Positions 1 through 14,400 of a stretch of DNA of 64,000 bases are shown in pieces. Position 1 is the stretch's first letter. Every line of letters starts with the position of its first letter. Below the pieces are notes generated by a model that was not told where the DNA came from, did no database searches, and was given only the letters and a program-made list of their open reading frames with translations. Source of the stretch: Eledone cirrhosa (taxonomy: Eukaryota); assembly GCA_964016885.1 (NCBI GenBank), contig OZ024743.1:227230001-227294000 (forward strand), written 5' to 3'. A program made the position numbers and the translations under genes.

Positions 1-98
1 AACATCTCCAGCTCTCTTAACGGTTGAAAATGTGGGGAGTCGGTAAAGTTAAAAGTTATTGTAAATAAATCTTCTTAAAGACGCCAATTGCATTTTCA

Positions 99-331
99 AT
101 CGTCAGGACGGTCCCTCCCACCGCTTGCGACTGCTGGACTAGAAGACGGGCGAGAATATATAGTTTCCTATTCCTATTCCTATTCATTTTCTATTATAAG
201 TTGAGCCAACTTATGCAGCTTCATATGCAAATGAGATTAATCATCTCCTTTACACAGACGAGAAAACTTATATATTCTCGCCTGTCTTCTAGTCCAGCAG
301 TCACAAGCGGTGGGGGAACCGTCCTGACGAT
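99..331. repeat. Divergent inverted duplication (~63-bp arms) of hammerhead-bearing element sequence
   Basis: 99-162 is the near reverse complement of 269-331; the left arm ends just after the CTGACGA core. Confidence 0.85.
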
Positions 332-362
332 GGCCAGTTAAGCCTGAAATGCATAGACAGTT
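316..362 (+). ncRNA. Minimal type I hammerhead ribozyme motif (Penelope-like)
   Basis: Stem I AACCGTC/GACAGTT, core CTGACGA (324-330), stem II GGC/GCC, GAAA (346-349), palindromic stem III ATGCAT, triplet AUA. Confidence 0.75.
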
Positions 363-1071
363 GTCCACCTTGCTTCTACTGGACATCACCAGAGGGCGTC
401 AGCCCCCCCCCCCCCGGTGTTTGCAGGGCTACGGCTTCCTAAAACCGTATTTCTTTGGAGATACGAAATATTTATACATATTGTATAAAGCTATGCTTGA
501 AGCGAATTCCTATTTCTTTTCTCTCTCTATATATATATATAAGTTTATTTTAAGAACTACCTGGTTGAGTGCTTATTCGATTTGTGTTATTTATGCAATT
601 GTTTGCATGATATACACATACTGAATTCATTTCCCAACATCTGGGGTTTTTCCCCTTGTGAATTACACATGTGCTTTTACGAAGCTCTATGTCATTCACA
701 AAATTGGTACAGAGCAAAATACCTGTTGATAACGTGATACTCCTTGTTCGATCATTATACCTAAAGCTTATAGTTTTAAGCAAACAGTATTATTGATTTA
801 GGTATCATAGAAACCCTGCATTTCCATTTTACCATCAATTCCAATGGGTCCAGGTCTGTTTTTTTTATCATTTATTTTGTTTTGATCTGTTTAGCTTGAT
901 TTGCTTTTTGGCTTAGATGGTTAATGCTTTCTTGACCACTTTTACGGTTTGTATGGCGTTTTGGCATATTGTTTAGCTCTGTTTTTTTAACTATGGAGCG
1001 CTTGCCAGCATAACTCTGAATTTTGCGTTTCGTTTCGCTTTTTCTACTCGCCGAAATACGATTCTCGCTGA

Positions 1072-1117
<46 letters not shown>

Positions 1118-1120
<3 letters not shown>

Positions 1121-1248
1121 GAAAAGAAATCGAAAATGTAACTGGAATCTTTTTGTAAGAATGTTTATTTATTTCCTTTATCGGTTTCACATTTCTTATG
1201 CTTTTCAAAAATATAATTGAGATGGAGGGTTTGTGGTTTGTCTCGCAT
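1118..1248 (-). mobile_element. Short TA-embedded element, family A, with a U3-A8 hammerhead-like motif (1175-1211)
   Basis: Minus strand reads TTGAAAA-GCAT-AAGAA-ATGT-GAAA-CCGA-TA-AAGG; homologous to 25868-26132 and 35424-35570; flanked by (TA)n. Confidence 0.7.
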
Positions 1249-1547
1249 ATATATATATACTAAAACAAAGCAACAAAACGCACAAAAACAGCTGGAGTAA
1301 GAAGAACACCAACACCCACACCAACAATAACCAGACCAAAAATAACCACAGTAACACCACCGACAACAGTAACTATAACTATAATGGAATTAACAACAAA
1401 CTCAACAACTATAAACAGAGCAACTATATCCATAGTGACAAAAGCCACAATACAATGACAGAGGTAACAATACTACTACCACCACTACCAACAACAACAG
1501 CATCTACAAGCATCACAACCATAAGAGTTATAACAAAACCATAATAA

Positions 1548-1727
1548 CTGTTTCCACTTTTGGCACAAGGCCAGGAATTATCTCAGTTCATTACTGGTAC
1601 TTTATTTTATAGAACGAATGATGAAATGCAAAGTTAACCTCGGCGGGATTTGAAGTCAGAACGTAAAGGGCCGTAACTCTATGCTGCACAGCATGGCGTC
1701 CGACCCTCTACCGATACTGCCCCAAAC
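1548..1727 (-). mobile_element. tRNA-derived SINE, family with a Meta/Sauria-like central domain
   Basis: B-box-like TTCAAATCCC on the minus strand; 3' end GGCCTTGTGCC...GAAAC shared with many copies in the window. Confidence 0.7.
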
Positions 1728-2099
1728 CCATAATAACTGATAATAACATCAACAAATACCTCCACTATAACAGCCACAACAATAACAATAGCAATAGTAA
1801 CACATACTGAGAAGATATCGAGAAATACAATAGCAGCCACAAAATAAGAACAACAACAAAAGCTACAACAACGACAACCACTAAAATAACCACAGCTACC
1901 ACAGTGACCACCACCACGAAAATCTCCACGACGCCAACACCACCATCACCACTGCCATCACTACTGCTGCTGCTATTATAATGGTAAACGATTTTATGCA
2001 GACTTTGTACAGAACTCAGATTTGGTAGATAGATAAATATATATGTGTGTGTGTGTGTGCATATATATATATGTTTGTGTGTGTGTATATATATATGTA

Positions 2100-2187
<88 letters not shown>

Positions 2188-2195
2188 TATATATA

Positions 2196-2270
<75 letters not shown>

Positions 2271-2810
2271 AGAGAAAAGAGAGAGTGAGAGAGAGATAGG
2301 GATATATATATATATATATATTTAATACAGTAACAGAGATAGTTTAAATATATATATATATATACATATATATATGTGTGTGTGTATGGTGTGGGCCTTC
2401 ATTCCACTCCTTACTTTCCTATGTAGCGAGATATGTAAAGGTCAGGAGGTATTTCTTTAAAATTAATCTTGCTTGTCCTTCAAGCATAATAATGCACTTG
2501 ACCTTTCACTTAAAACTATATACTATTCTTACTCACACATTCGGATATACATACATACACTAACTCACGCATAAGGATATACGCATATATTCTTAAACAC
2601 ACATTCCAATATACATACATATATACACACACATTCGGATACATATATTTACAAACGCATTCAGTTATACATACACATATTTACATATATGGTTTTATTC
2701 ACATTTGGATATAAATACACAAATCCGCATTCGCAAATATAAAGGTTTATATGCCTATGCATCGCTGTTTATGTATGTATGTTTGTATTTATGTATATAT
2801 ATATATATGT

Positions 2811-2908
<98 letters not shown>

Positions 2909-2963
2909 TTAGATATAAAATAATACATCTATATCTAGACATACATACAAACGTACAATCATA

Positions 2964-3059
<96 letters not shown>

Positions 3060-3251
3060 GCTCACTCTATATACGTGTGTCTAAAGGTATAAATATATAT
3101 ATATATATAAATATATATACATATATTTATTTACACACATTCGTATATAAACACCCGCAAATATAAACATACAGATATATACTTGTCCGTGTATCTTTCT
3201 TTATGTTTATATGTATGTATGTATTTATTCTTAAACATGAAATACGTATAT

Positions 3252-3286
<35 letters not shown>

Positions 3287-3809
3287 CATACACGCGGTCA
3301 CACACTTACATACACACACATATATATATATGTGAGCGTGTAAGTCTTTAAATACGTGTATCTATGTATGTATGTATGTAAGTATGTATGCATGTATGTA
3401 TATATGTATGTATATATTTATGTATATATGTATGTATGTAAAGTGGTGTAATTTTGCAAGCAATATGTCATGCCACAATATCCTTTATTTGATGTTAGGA
3501 AGAAAAATTAACCAAAACACAAGAGACAATTGCCTCTCTGTGTGAGACCACAACATTCCTTAGTGTTAGGAACTGGGAGAGGAAGAGGTGGTGGATGGAC
3601 AGTTAGAGGGTTAGGAGCAGGTTTACAAGTTGTTGGGGAGGGTTATCAATGGTAGTAGGTGGAGGAGAGACTTTATTAATAGAGGTGGTAGTAATGGTGT
3701 AGCTTTCCTGATGGCATTCCTGCTATGTGATGATGACACTGGAAGAACTTTCGTGATAATGATTATGGTGACGTTTCGGATGCCAGTAGTATTGATACGG
3801 ACAAAATTA

Positions 3810-3986
3810 TTATCGGCATAGAGTTACGGCCCTTTACGTTCTGAGCTCAAATCACGCTGTGGCTAGCTTTACCTTTTATCCTTACATAGTCGATAAACTG
3901 AAGTACCAGTAATGCATTGGGGATCGATTTAATCGACTTTCTATTTACCCCAAAATTGTTGACCTTGTGCCTAAATCAGAAACCAT
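3810..3986 (+). mobile_element. Same SINE family, 5'-truncated
   Basis: GAGTTACGGCCCTTTACGTTCTGAG...GTCGATAAA...AAGTACCAGT...CCTTGTGCCTAAATCAGAAAC. Confidence 0.7.
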
Positions 3987-5152
3987 TGGTAGTGGTGCTA
4001 GTTGTACTGTTGGTATCAATATTACTCATGCAGAGGGTTGGGAAAGAGTTTACATTGCTTTTTGTCGTCATATTAGTAATGTTAGTGTTGATATTGTCGT
4101 TGATATTGTTAGAGATGTGACGGGTGGTGGTGCTGGTGTTTGTAGTGCTGGTTTTATTGGCGCCCAGTATGGAGCTGATAGTGTTTAAGGAATTGTTTGC
4201 AATGATGGCGACGGTGCTGCTTGTGGATGTGTTTAATGATGATAGTAAAGCAGTACTTGTGGGTATTTGTATTAGCTGAGTAAGGTGGGCTGCTCTTGGT
4301 GTTAGAAGTGATGCCGTTAATAGTGATCGGGTGGCGTTGGTTGTTATCAGATGTAGTTTTTAGAGGCCGCATGTATTATTAAGGATCAAATCTACACTCC
4401 TCTTTACTTTTTAACATATAAGAAATTGATATAATTTGTAATACCACTGTTTTAAGGTTCCAAACGCCAGCTAATCCTCCAAACATTGTACGTTGACCCT
4501 TGGGATGAAAACTAGAACAATCTCTCTACCTAATCTGGCATGATGCTGGTCTCACTTTCTTAATACAATGTAAACATAAATACATACCATCTCATCGGTT
4601 CCCAAATATTTAACTAACAACGATTACTTTAATTTAAGAGAGTTTTCCCACGGAACCCACTTTCGTATCTCTATAATTCCGACACTCACAGATTGTTATA
4701 CGATGAGAAAACGACTTGAAGGAAATAAATGTTTGAGATGGATGGATACACAATAATGTAGTTATATAAAAAAAATCCTTGAAAGTATAAATTTAATTCA
4801 CGAGCCTCCCATGTGTCCGTAGACCCACTATGGGAACGACTGTTTTAGTTCCATAATATCGATTTGACAGAATTCTTATTCTGAATGCCACCCCAGGTGA
4901 ATACAAATTATATTTATTTGTAACGATGGAGATCATGACGTAAGCCACGATCATATCTAAGTGAACTATTATATCGCACCTGATGAACATTGTAAACATG
5001 TTTGACGATAATACCTCCGCATAGTCGTATTCTAGTTACAGATATACACACAAGAATATATATTCACTGTGGATGCTCTACAACGAATTAATATCATGAC
5101 CGATGGGACTATGACCAATGATAACTATGAGAAATACACACACACACATACA

Positions 5153-5275
5153 CGTGGCTGAGTGGTTAGAGAATTGGATTCACAATCGTGAGGTAATGAG
5201 TTCGATTCCTGGACCGGGCGGTGCGTTATGTCCTTAAGCAAAACATTTTATTTCACGTTGCTCCTTCGACCTGGA
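5153..5275 (+). mobile_element. tRNA-derived SINE head, second family
   Basis: A box TGGCTGAGTGG, B box GTTCGATTCC, then TCCTTAAGCAAAACATTTTATTTCACGTTGCTCC. Confidence 0.7.
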
Positions 5276-5445
5276 GTTGCGACCGATAGATAGTATTAGC
5301 AATTGGAAAGACGAACGGAAACATTGTTTCCTCGGTCCGATTTGACGAAATGTCGATTGACATATATATTTATTTATATATATATATACACTACTGTGGT
5401 GACCTCCGATTCAACCCGGAATAATATACACACACATATATAGAC

Positions 5446-5606
5446 AGTAATTACCAAATACGTTTTTACATTGAATATTGATTTAAGAACGTTTCATCCA
5501 CTTACTGGAACTTTTGGTGAGCTTTATCATGATTTGGAGAAGTTCCAATAAGGGGACGAAACGCTTGTAAATCAATATTAAATGCAAAAACTATTTGGTA
5601 ATTACT
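5446..5606. repeat. Divergent inverted duplication (~67-bp arms) containing a degenerate hammerhead (5530-5574, + strand)
   Basis: 5446-5513 vs 5540-5606; TGATT/AATCA stem I, core TGGAGAA, stem II GTTCC/GGGAC, GAAAC...GTA. Confidence 0.65.
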
Positions 5607-5813
5607 TTAATGAATAATTTGCTGCATGCGTAATTATTAATTTTAACACAATAGGATTTTGTACACATAGTCGTTTGAAACAATCTTTCTTAGAGGTATG
5701 AAACATAGCTTTTTCTACTGTTTATTATAATAAATTACTGTATTTTGAGGTGTTTAATTTCTCAACCTATGTTTCCAGTGTTTTTATATTGTTTTTGTAA
5801 AAAACGATACCTT

Positions 5814-5935
<122 letters not shown>

Positions 5936-7106
5936 GTATATGCACGTGTGTGTGTTTGTGTGTGTTTAAGTATGTGGGGGGTGAGCTCCTTTGCAATGAT
6001 TGTATGCTTTCTTTTATCTATTTGAAGTTTCTTATTAATATAAGTTTTGGGGCTCCATTATCTAGGCCACTGCTTCAAGGTCAAAAGTAAAGGTCATATG
6101 AAAGGTCAAAGAAAATGTCAAAACAAAGCGAATGACCTCAACACCCCAAACCACTTCACCGCAAACTCAACAGTTTTCCACTACACTCAGACTTTCGACA
6201 CATCTCCTAACATCCAATCCACACCTCATATCCACCCCTTTTACCCCTACATTTTTAATCGTATCCTAATCCCATGCAAGCCTTTATCATATTCCTTCTA
6301 CTATAAGAAGTTACTCAGATATACTGTTTCTTGCAATAAAACATCTTCCTACGCCTAACCCAGCCATAATCTTGCTCTGATCTTTTTCACTCACACCCCA
6401 TATATATCCTATACACACACACACATATATGCACAAACACACATATGATTATAAACATTATAACTCTCCCACTACCATATATATTTGAGAGCTTCTACCT
6501 AATGTGCCACAGAAGTAGTCTCTGCGTGACAAAGAATGAAGAGTGTGGGGTACGTCAGAAAAAAATCGTTTGACCAATAATTGTTCTCGTTCAAGACCGA
6601 GCGAGGGAAACAATGACAAAATAACCAAATTATTTATCGAAAATATCTACCCATGTGACAGAGAATATAATATGATCAAATACGCACACTGCTCTCAATG
6701 CGATTACCCACTGTTTGTCCAAGTTCACTTCATGGTCCTTAGTCAGCTGGATAAAAATTGTATGGGAAATAGCCGATCGTTAGAGTAGACAAAGGAAACT
6801 GTGTATCCATTGGTCTTAGTGTTGCTGTTGCAAGCAGCCTGTCACAAATCCTGGAGTTTGTAGTATATCATTAAAGAAACTTACAGATGATTTCACATTC
6901 TCCTACTCAACAAGCAAAGTATAAACAATTATTTGCCTCAATAAATGTCCGTAATGTTTGTTTCACCTAGTACAGCCAGAGCACTCTCAGGTAAAGTTGC
7001 TGTTAAGGTAATTTCTGATATATTTATTAAACAACATTGTCATTTTAGCATTATCAGAAATACAGAAAGATGTTATACAACAGAAGTTCTGTATTATTTA
7101 ATTAAT

Positions 7107-7230
7107 TGTTTCTACTTTTGGCACAAGGCCAGCAATAACTCAGTACAATACTGGTACTTTATTTTATCGACCCCGTAAGGAGGAAAGGCAAGGTGAACCT
7201 CGGGGGGGGGGGGGGGGATTTGAACTCAGA
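7107..7230 (-). mobile_element. Meta-domain-like SINE fragment
   Basis: TTTCTACTTTTGGCACAAGGCC...CTGGTACTTTATTTTATCGACCCC...GATTTGAACTCAG. Confidence 0.7.
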
Positions 7231-7689
7231 CTATAAGTCCAGAAGATCTTCGTTTTTTCTTATTTTCTGCGTGATATTTAAACAAATTCTTCCTCAAATA
7301 TAAAATGTTAAATACAATATCCGACTACGTGATTGAATGATCCACAACAGATTATAGAAACGTATTGATTTGCTACATTCAATTATTCTCATAACTGGAA
7401 AAAGATTAATCCTACATCGGTTTTCAACTGGAGAAAGAACTCTCCCAGTGTAATTATTTTCAACAAGTACAGAAGGAAATCTATGTAAAACTTATTATGT
7501 TTGCCTTCGAGCTTGTGCAACACATTAACCAGCGACCATTAGTATCATATATGCAATTTTTGACACTGCAAAATATTTTAATGGAAATCTGGAGACCATA
7601 ACTACGAAAAGACTTTGTGTGGAAACAGTTACGGAATGTACTCTGGGATAAATTTACAAATACAATTTCATTATGGATTTAAATTTTTT

Positions 7690-8098
7690 TAGGAGGTAGG
7701 ATTCGATTAAATCAAATCCAGTGCATTATTGACCCCATAAGGATGAAAGGCAAAGCGGACCTTGCCAGGATTTCAACTCAGAACATAAAAGGCCGTAACT
7801 CTATGCCGCAAAGCATGTTGTCCGACGCTCTACCAAAAACTACCAATGCACTGCTCTAATGGTGACAATGATAATAATGATTTCTACTTTAGGCACAAGG
7901 CCAGTAATTTAAGGCGGGGGGGGGGTGATTCGATTAAATCGACTCCACTGTATTACTGGTGCTTTTTTTACCGAGCCCGTAAGGAACGAAGGCAAAGCTA
8001 ACCACGGCGCGATTTGAACTCAGAAAGTAAAGAGCTGTAACTCTATACCACGAAGAAAGGTGTCCGACACTCTACCGCTACTGCCAATCCACCGCCCT
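7690..8098 (-). mobile_element. Two head-to-tail copies of the Meta-domain-like SINE
   Basis: AAGGCAAAG...GATTT(C/G)AACTCAGAA...GTCCGAC...CTCTACC occurs twice. Confidence 0.75.
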
Positions 8099-9047
8099 TT
8101 GACGAAAGTAATAAGTTATTAGTGACGTTCCTAATGGTGATAACGAAATGAAGCCACTCTGACACTGCTCGAGGTTAGATAGATATGTTTTGATGTAAGA
8201 TAGATGTGAAAGTGATTTTGACTGCTATTTCTTCCAAGTCAAACAGCCACGTACGAGGCAACTCACGTGGCTTTACTTCATTGGATCTGTAAAATTTGAA
8301 ATAACATTTTCATTTTTGTTTGTTTAAATATAATTTTTGTCCAATTCTATTTTCATAATCAATAATAATTTTATTGAACAAATTTTCAAATACTGTTTGT
8401 TTTAATATAATTTTTTTTTTAAATATATGTTTAGCAAAAAATAAAAAATGTATATATTTTCATAATCGATTTCACGGCTTCCGTTCTAAATTTAGCTTTG
8501 TATCTCATCAAAAGAAATTACTGTTTATTCATAAGAAGTGTGGTTAGGAGAGTGGGAGGTGGTTGAGTGAGTAAAATGTCAAACAAAATTCTTCACAACG
8601 TAAAGTGACATTGTTATATTCAACAATTTGAAACAGAAAAGAGAAAGAGAAGCATAACAAAACACGAAACCACATCATATGTATCTTTTACTGAGAAAGA
8701 TCAAATTCACCCCACCTCACAACATGCTCGAATTTTGTTTTTAATTGATTATAATTGCCGCATTTCCCAGCGTAGAAGATGAGGTCCACATCACCACAAA
8801 AAAGAAATCGGTCTAGAAAACTTGGCCTGCGTCATAGAGAGCGAAGGTTACGTTAGTCATAATTTTCTTTTTATGTTAAACTGTTAGTTCCTTTTTCAAA
8901 ATGTAGCTTTCTTCAATGCCGGGAAATACTAATTCAAATTAGGAGGATTTTTTTCTAGAATTTGTTGACCTGAGTAAGTCATTGAGATAATGATGAGCTC
9001 GTCACACAATTTCAATTAAAATTTATTGTTCCACTAAATGAAACTGA

Positions 9048-9111
<64 letters not shown>

Positions 9112-9229
9112 CACACACATATATATATATATATTTATATATATATATATATATCAAGAATTTTTCAAGGCTCTAATACATACTTGCACATGTAGTGGTC
9201 TCTCACTCTCTCTATATATATATCCATCC

Positions 9230-9313
<84 letters not shown>

Positions 9314-9549
9314 CCCCTCATCTAGCTGTCGTCTGTTCTACAGTGTGGATGTCATTCACTTCGCACAGAAGTTTTGTTCAAATTTATTGAGGAAATTTTG
9401 TGAGTTCAAACTTAATTTTGATACAATTGTGTAGCTTGACCCTCCGTCTGAACTGTCAGGCGGTGGGTCAGCTCATCTTTACCCCTCCTAGAGGTGAAAA
9501 ACCTGTTTTAAAAAATTTTGTGTAAAAAAATTTCAATCGTCTAACAGAA

Positions 9550-11430
9550 ATGTTAAACGCAGCGAACGAAAATAGTGGTGGGGGGACAGCGGTAAGAGTT
9601 GTAAGCTCGCACGCTTTAGTCCTCCCTTCCTTCCCAACTAACGTCATAGAGAAGGAAGGAAAAATGAAAATAAAAACGGACGAATCTGCGGAGGAAAAAA
9701 AATTAAATGACGAAAACAACGGAAAAAAAAAATTTGAAAAATTGCATGACAATACTAATAACACAAACAAAGACACAACAAACAAAAAAATAACAGTTGA
9801 AAATAACATCATATCAGAAAACAAAGCAGACGACAAGATTTCTTTTGCACAGAAAACAAAGAAATCTTTGACTTATATAGCGGAAAACATTTCAGATGTG
9901 GTACGAAGGATCACGGACGCAAAACAATACATAAGTGAAGGTGAGAATGGTATTTTATTGGTAAAAATGCCTCAAGAATTCACGAAAGACATTGAAAGCC
10001 GAACGGTCAAGTTTCGGACCATCAACAACAGTACAAAAAAACCTGAACAGCCTTCTCAAGCAGATATCAAAACAGTACTCGCAGAAGTACTGAATGAAAC
10101 AACTTTCATAAGAAAAGACAGACTGTATGGAAGCCTAGCAATTATCATGAAGAACGAATCGGCGGCAAAAAAATGTGCTTTGTCACCGATTCGTTCGAAA
10201 AATTTCACCTTTTATCCATCTTATATGGAAAAAAAAACTCAACGCATATGGCTGGATGCAATGATGCCAGATGTGGACTACTGCTGGCTCATAGCTGGCT
10301 TCATCGATCCAGTGAATGACAACGTGATTTCCATTGGGAAAACCACAGGCAATGCGTTCAGTGGAACAGGTATAGAGCTGGTAGTACAAATGAAGCCTGA
10401 ACGCATCGCCCAAATACCCGACAGAATCCTATTAGAGGACCACGGGTATATAAACATTAGCGTGGAGGGGAGAAGGCCGTCCTGCCATATCTGTGCAGGC
10501 AGAGGGCACCTGAAGGCCGCTTGTCCACAACTCAACAAAAAGAAAACTCTGCTACCAACACCAGCTCCACCACCACCACCACAACAGATAAACAAACAAC
10601 AAAACTCAGTCCCACCCAACCCGTCCCTCAGTAACACCACAACACCACCACAACACAAACAGTCACAACACATTACCCCAAAACAAAATACAGGCCCACC
10701 CAACCTCTCACTCAATAAAACAACACAACCACCGCAGACACAACACACAACACAGTCTAACATAGTGACATCCATCTCCCCCACAAAGAAAACCAACACG
10801 GAAACATTACCAGCAAACATACCTCTTCCCTCCAACACTGAAGATAACCCAACGAATTCGGAGGAAGAAACGGAGTCCTTCAGACAGATTAAAAGGAAAA
10901 AAAGAAAACATGTGCAAAACACACAAGGACAAACAACCCCCACCCAAATCGCAACACAATCTAACAAAACAGAAAACACCCCTCCAGCAACAAACAAAAC
11001 CAAACCTGCCCCTCCCCTCTTCGAAACACTCACACCATCGGAAAAAAAGACATCACACTATACTTACATCAACAGAAACAATAATAAATTAAATGAACTC
11101 ATATACAATAATCCTTCGGTACAAACCGAAGGTGTAAACTTTGTTTCATCAGAAAACCACCCACATTTAAAACTAATAAAAATCCCAATGAACCTCTACC
11201 AAAAACTAAAAAAGGATTTTAAGGAGGACGTAGGACCACCCTCTGTCAAACCCATAAACCGCGTCCTACTAAAAAGCTTTCCCCCTCCCCTTCCCCTCCC
11301 CAACACAACTCCAAACACCCCAACCCCACCACACACCGACGACCCCACACCACCACAAGACACCCCTTCACCCAACACCCCCGACCCCATGGAAGTCGTG
11401 CAACCCGAACCCCGGGAAGCGGAAAGGTAG
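9550..11430 (+). CDS. LINE ORF1 (Gag-like RNA-binding protein) with a CCHC zinc knuckle and a long Pro/Thr/Gln-rich C-terminus
   Basis: 626-aa ORF containing CHICAGRGHLKAAC (C-x2-C-x4-H-x4-C), 33 bp upstream of ORF2. Confidence 0.85.
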   Translation: MLNAANENSGGGTAVRVVSSHALVLPSFPTNVIEKEGKMKIKTDESAEEKKLNDENNGKKKFEKLHDNTNNTNKDTTNKKITVENNIISENKADDKISFAQKTKKSLTYIAENISDVVRRITDAKQYISEGENGILLVKMPQEFTKDIESRTVKFRTINNSTKKPEQPSQADIKTVLAEVLNETTFIRKDRLYGSLAIIMKNESAAKKCALSPIRSKNFTFYPSYMEKKTQRIWLDAMMPDVDYCWLIAGFIDPVNDNVISIGKTTGNAFSGTGIELVVQMKPERIAQIPDRILLEDHGYINISVEGRRPSCHICAGRGHLKAACPQLNKKKTLLPTPAPPPPPQQINKQQNSVPPNPSLSNTTTPPQHKQSQHITPKQNTGPPNLSLNKTTQPPQTQHTTQSNIVTSISPTKKTNTETLPANIPLPSNTEDNPTNSEEETESFRQIKRKKRKHVQNTQGQTTPTQIATQSNKTENTPPATNKTKPAPPLFETLTPSEKKTSHYTYINRNNNKLNELIYNNPSVQTEGVNFVSSENHPHLKLIKIPMNLYQKLKKDFKEDVGPPSVKPINRVLLKSFPPPLPLPNTTPNTPTPPHTDDPTPPQDTPSPNTPDPMEVVQPEPREAER

Positions 11431-11463
11431 GTCTCTACACTCTCCTTTGGCTCTGCCGCCCAC

Positions 11464-14400
11464 ATGGATGTGTTAAGAGTAGGATGTTTGAATGCACGTG
11501 GCCTGGGCTCAACTTGGAAGCAAGCAAAGCTTCTAAATGACCTCAGGTCATGTAGTATAAATGTAATGGTTATCTGTGAGACTCGAATCAGCGTCATGCG
11601 GCAGCTGGCCCCCACCTTCGATGACTTTGAGGTGCATGCATCTCTCTGTCAACCTGGAGGTGGGGGTGGGGTTGTCGTGCTGCTGCAAAAACACCTGGGT
11701 CTTGCCGTACAGGTTGTGCACTCGGACCCGGAGGGTCGTTTGTTGGTGCTAGACGTTGGCAGTAGTGAAAGTGCGGCCTTGAGACTGGTCGCCGTCTACT
11801 CCCCTTTCGGAGCTGAACGGCCCGACTTCTTCCAGCGTTTGGAGACTTTTCTGGGAACGTCGCGTTCCCTGCTTCTAGCGGGGGATTGGAATGACATCCT
11901 GGATGCACGTTGGGACTATGCAGGAGCATGTCCTAATAGAGGGGGGTGTAACAGCCTCAAGGGGTTACTCGACCGTTTTAACTTGGTCGATAGATATCGA
12001 CTAGATTTTCCAACTGTGCCTACCTGGACTTGGAGAAACCACAGTGGTCAATCTAGATCGTACTTAGATAGATTCTTAGTTAGAAGTAAGGATAGGGACA
12101 TATTAAGCTGTCCAGAAATGCGCACGGTTGGCTACACGGATCACAAATTAGTGACCTGCGTGGTCAATCTCGAGAAAACACATAGACAGGGTCCCGGTTA
12201 CTGGAAACTTAATTTGTCTTTACCGGCAAAAGAGACTTACAGAAACCGGATTAGCAGATTAGTTAAGGAGAGGTTGACGGGTGCAATCGTCAACAACCGA
12301 TGGTGGGCATCTCTCAAAAGAGAGATTAGAACAGAATCAATAAGTTATAGCAAGATGTTAGCTGCCAATAGGAATAGAAACGAGAAAGAATTAACAGGTA
12401 AATTAGAAGAGGCAATCAAGAGCGAAGATGTGGCCAGAGTGCTGGCATCGAGGACGGCCTTGAACCAGTTTTTCGATGCAAAGCATGAAGGCTGCGTCAT
12501 TCGAAGTAAAATACGTGCTCTAGGTAATGAGGGGGCCAAAGCCGTTGGATGGGCCCGCGTGACAGAAGCTAAAAGTGGAAATCGATCCACCATCCGGTCG
12601 TTGCAAGACGAAGATGGACGAGTGATCCGGGAGCCTAAGCAGATGTGCGAGGCCTTTCAAAAGCACTTTGCCCGATTGTTCGGGGGAGGCGAGGGTCCGG
12701 GCCGGGGCGTGGATTTCGGTCCATACCTCGACGGCCTGCCGCGTCTCTCGAACAAAGAGGCAGAGTCCTGCGAGGGACCAATCTCGGCTGATGAGATCGG
12801 AGATGCGCTGAGCCAATGCAGCAGACGCAAATCCCCAGGTCTCGATGGTATACCTTACGAACTTTATTTAGCAATGCCGGTCTTCTTCTCCGAACTCCTC
12901 GAAGCGGTCTACTGCAATTGGCAGCAGAACGGGAGAATTCCTTGTTCTGTAGCCAAGGGCGTAGTCACGCTGGTGAGGAAGGACGAGAACAAGGGGGATA
13001 GTATAAATAATTTTCGGCCCATAACCCTGCTAAACACAGAGTTAAAGATTTTGGCCAAGGTGTTAGCAAAGAGGTTGGCGCTTGTCGTGGGTGGCCTGGT
13101 GGGAGATGCGCAGACATGTGCTATCCCATCCAGGTCCATTCACGATAACCTCCACCTCATGCGATACATCATAGAGAGGGTTGGCAACAAACCCGGCTTC
13201 GGTGGGGCCCTGATCAACTTGGATCAGTCTAAGGCCTTCGATAGGGTCGACCATGGTTACCTGGATGCGGTGCTAGCGGCGGCTGGGTTCGGTCCTGTTT
13301 TCAGAGGCTGGATCACTGCCCTACATAGCAACCACATCTGTTCTAGGATCAAGGTGAACGGCTACCTTTCGAAGCCGTTCGAAATCACACGATCCATTCG
13401 ACAGGGGTGCCCTCTCTCCTCCCTTCTGTACGTATTGACTCTCGAGCCTTTACTGAGGAAGTTGGAGTTGTTGCAGGGTATCCCCCTGGAACCAGGATTG
13501 AGCAAAGCGGTGTCGGCCTACGCCGATGACGTAACAGTAATGGTATCAACCGACTCGGAGATCGAGGCGATCGGTACCTTACTGGAGGAGTACGAAAGGT
13601 TGTCAGGAGCGAAACTGAACCGGGAAAAATCCATCGGGCTGCAACTCGGAACGTGGAGAGGCAAACCGATGCCTCCTGACGGTGTCGTCGGACACTGGAC
13701 GGAGGGCCCGGTAAAGTTGCTTGGGGTCTGGTTTGGACCGGACCTCCAGGTGGAAAAGAACTGGAACGAGGTTACGAACAAGGTGTTTGCACTAACCCAG
13801 AAATGGGCCAAGTGTAAGCTGTCCCTAAAAGGCCGGGCGGAGGTGGCGAACATTTACATAGCGTCCGTCACTTACTACCGCCTGACTGTCGTGCCTTGCC
13901 CTAAGGAAACACTCACCACCATGGAACGCATGCTCTTCCAATTTCTTTGGAAGAAGCGTCCTCCTATGGTGAGAAGATCCATCTGCTGCCAACAACCTTC
14001 GAAAGGAGGGCTGGGGATGCCGTGGTTGATGATGCGTAGGCACGCATTAAGGCTACGGCACCTACAGGTATTCCTCACTGGTCAACCGGTGTGGGCTCCG
14101 TTCGTGAAACGAGCCTTTCCGAGACTCGTCTCACTCACCGAGCTACAGTCCTGGGTCAAGCAAAGATCCGGAAAACTGGGAGACTGGCACACTGAGTGTG
14201 CTCAGGCGCTCAGGGCTCTCTGGCAAGCGGGCCGGGCCATCGGTGGAGAATCCACCTCATCATTCTATAGAGGGCTGGTGGCTAGCAGCGGCGATGACAC
14301 CCTTGGAGAGTCGCTGGACATGGAGGAAGACGAACTGGCCAGCCTGTTCGGTAGGACTTTCGGCCCAGGACCAATGGACAACTTCCAGAAGTCACTGGCC

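Noticed and set aside
550-860. Minus-strand ORF faintly resembling a PLE GIY-YIG region
   Set aside because: No diagnostic motif; similarity too weak
1765-3084. Many YIYI, CVCV and THTH ORFs here and throughout the window
   Set aside because: Translations of (TA)n and (CA)n microsatellites
4975-5015. CTGATGA-ACAT...ATGT hammerhead-like start
   Set aside because: No GAAA, stem III or stem I follows
6077-6110. Three AGGTCA nuclear-receptor half-sites
   Set aside because: Short motif that is common in repeats; no supporting context
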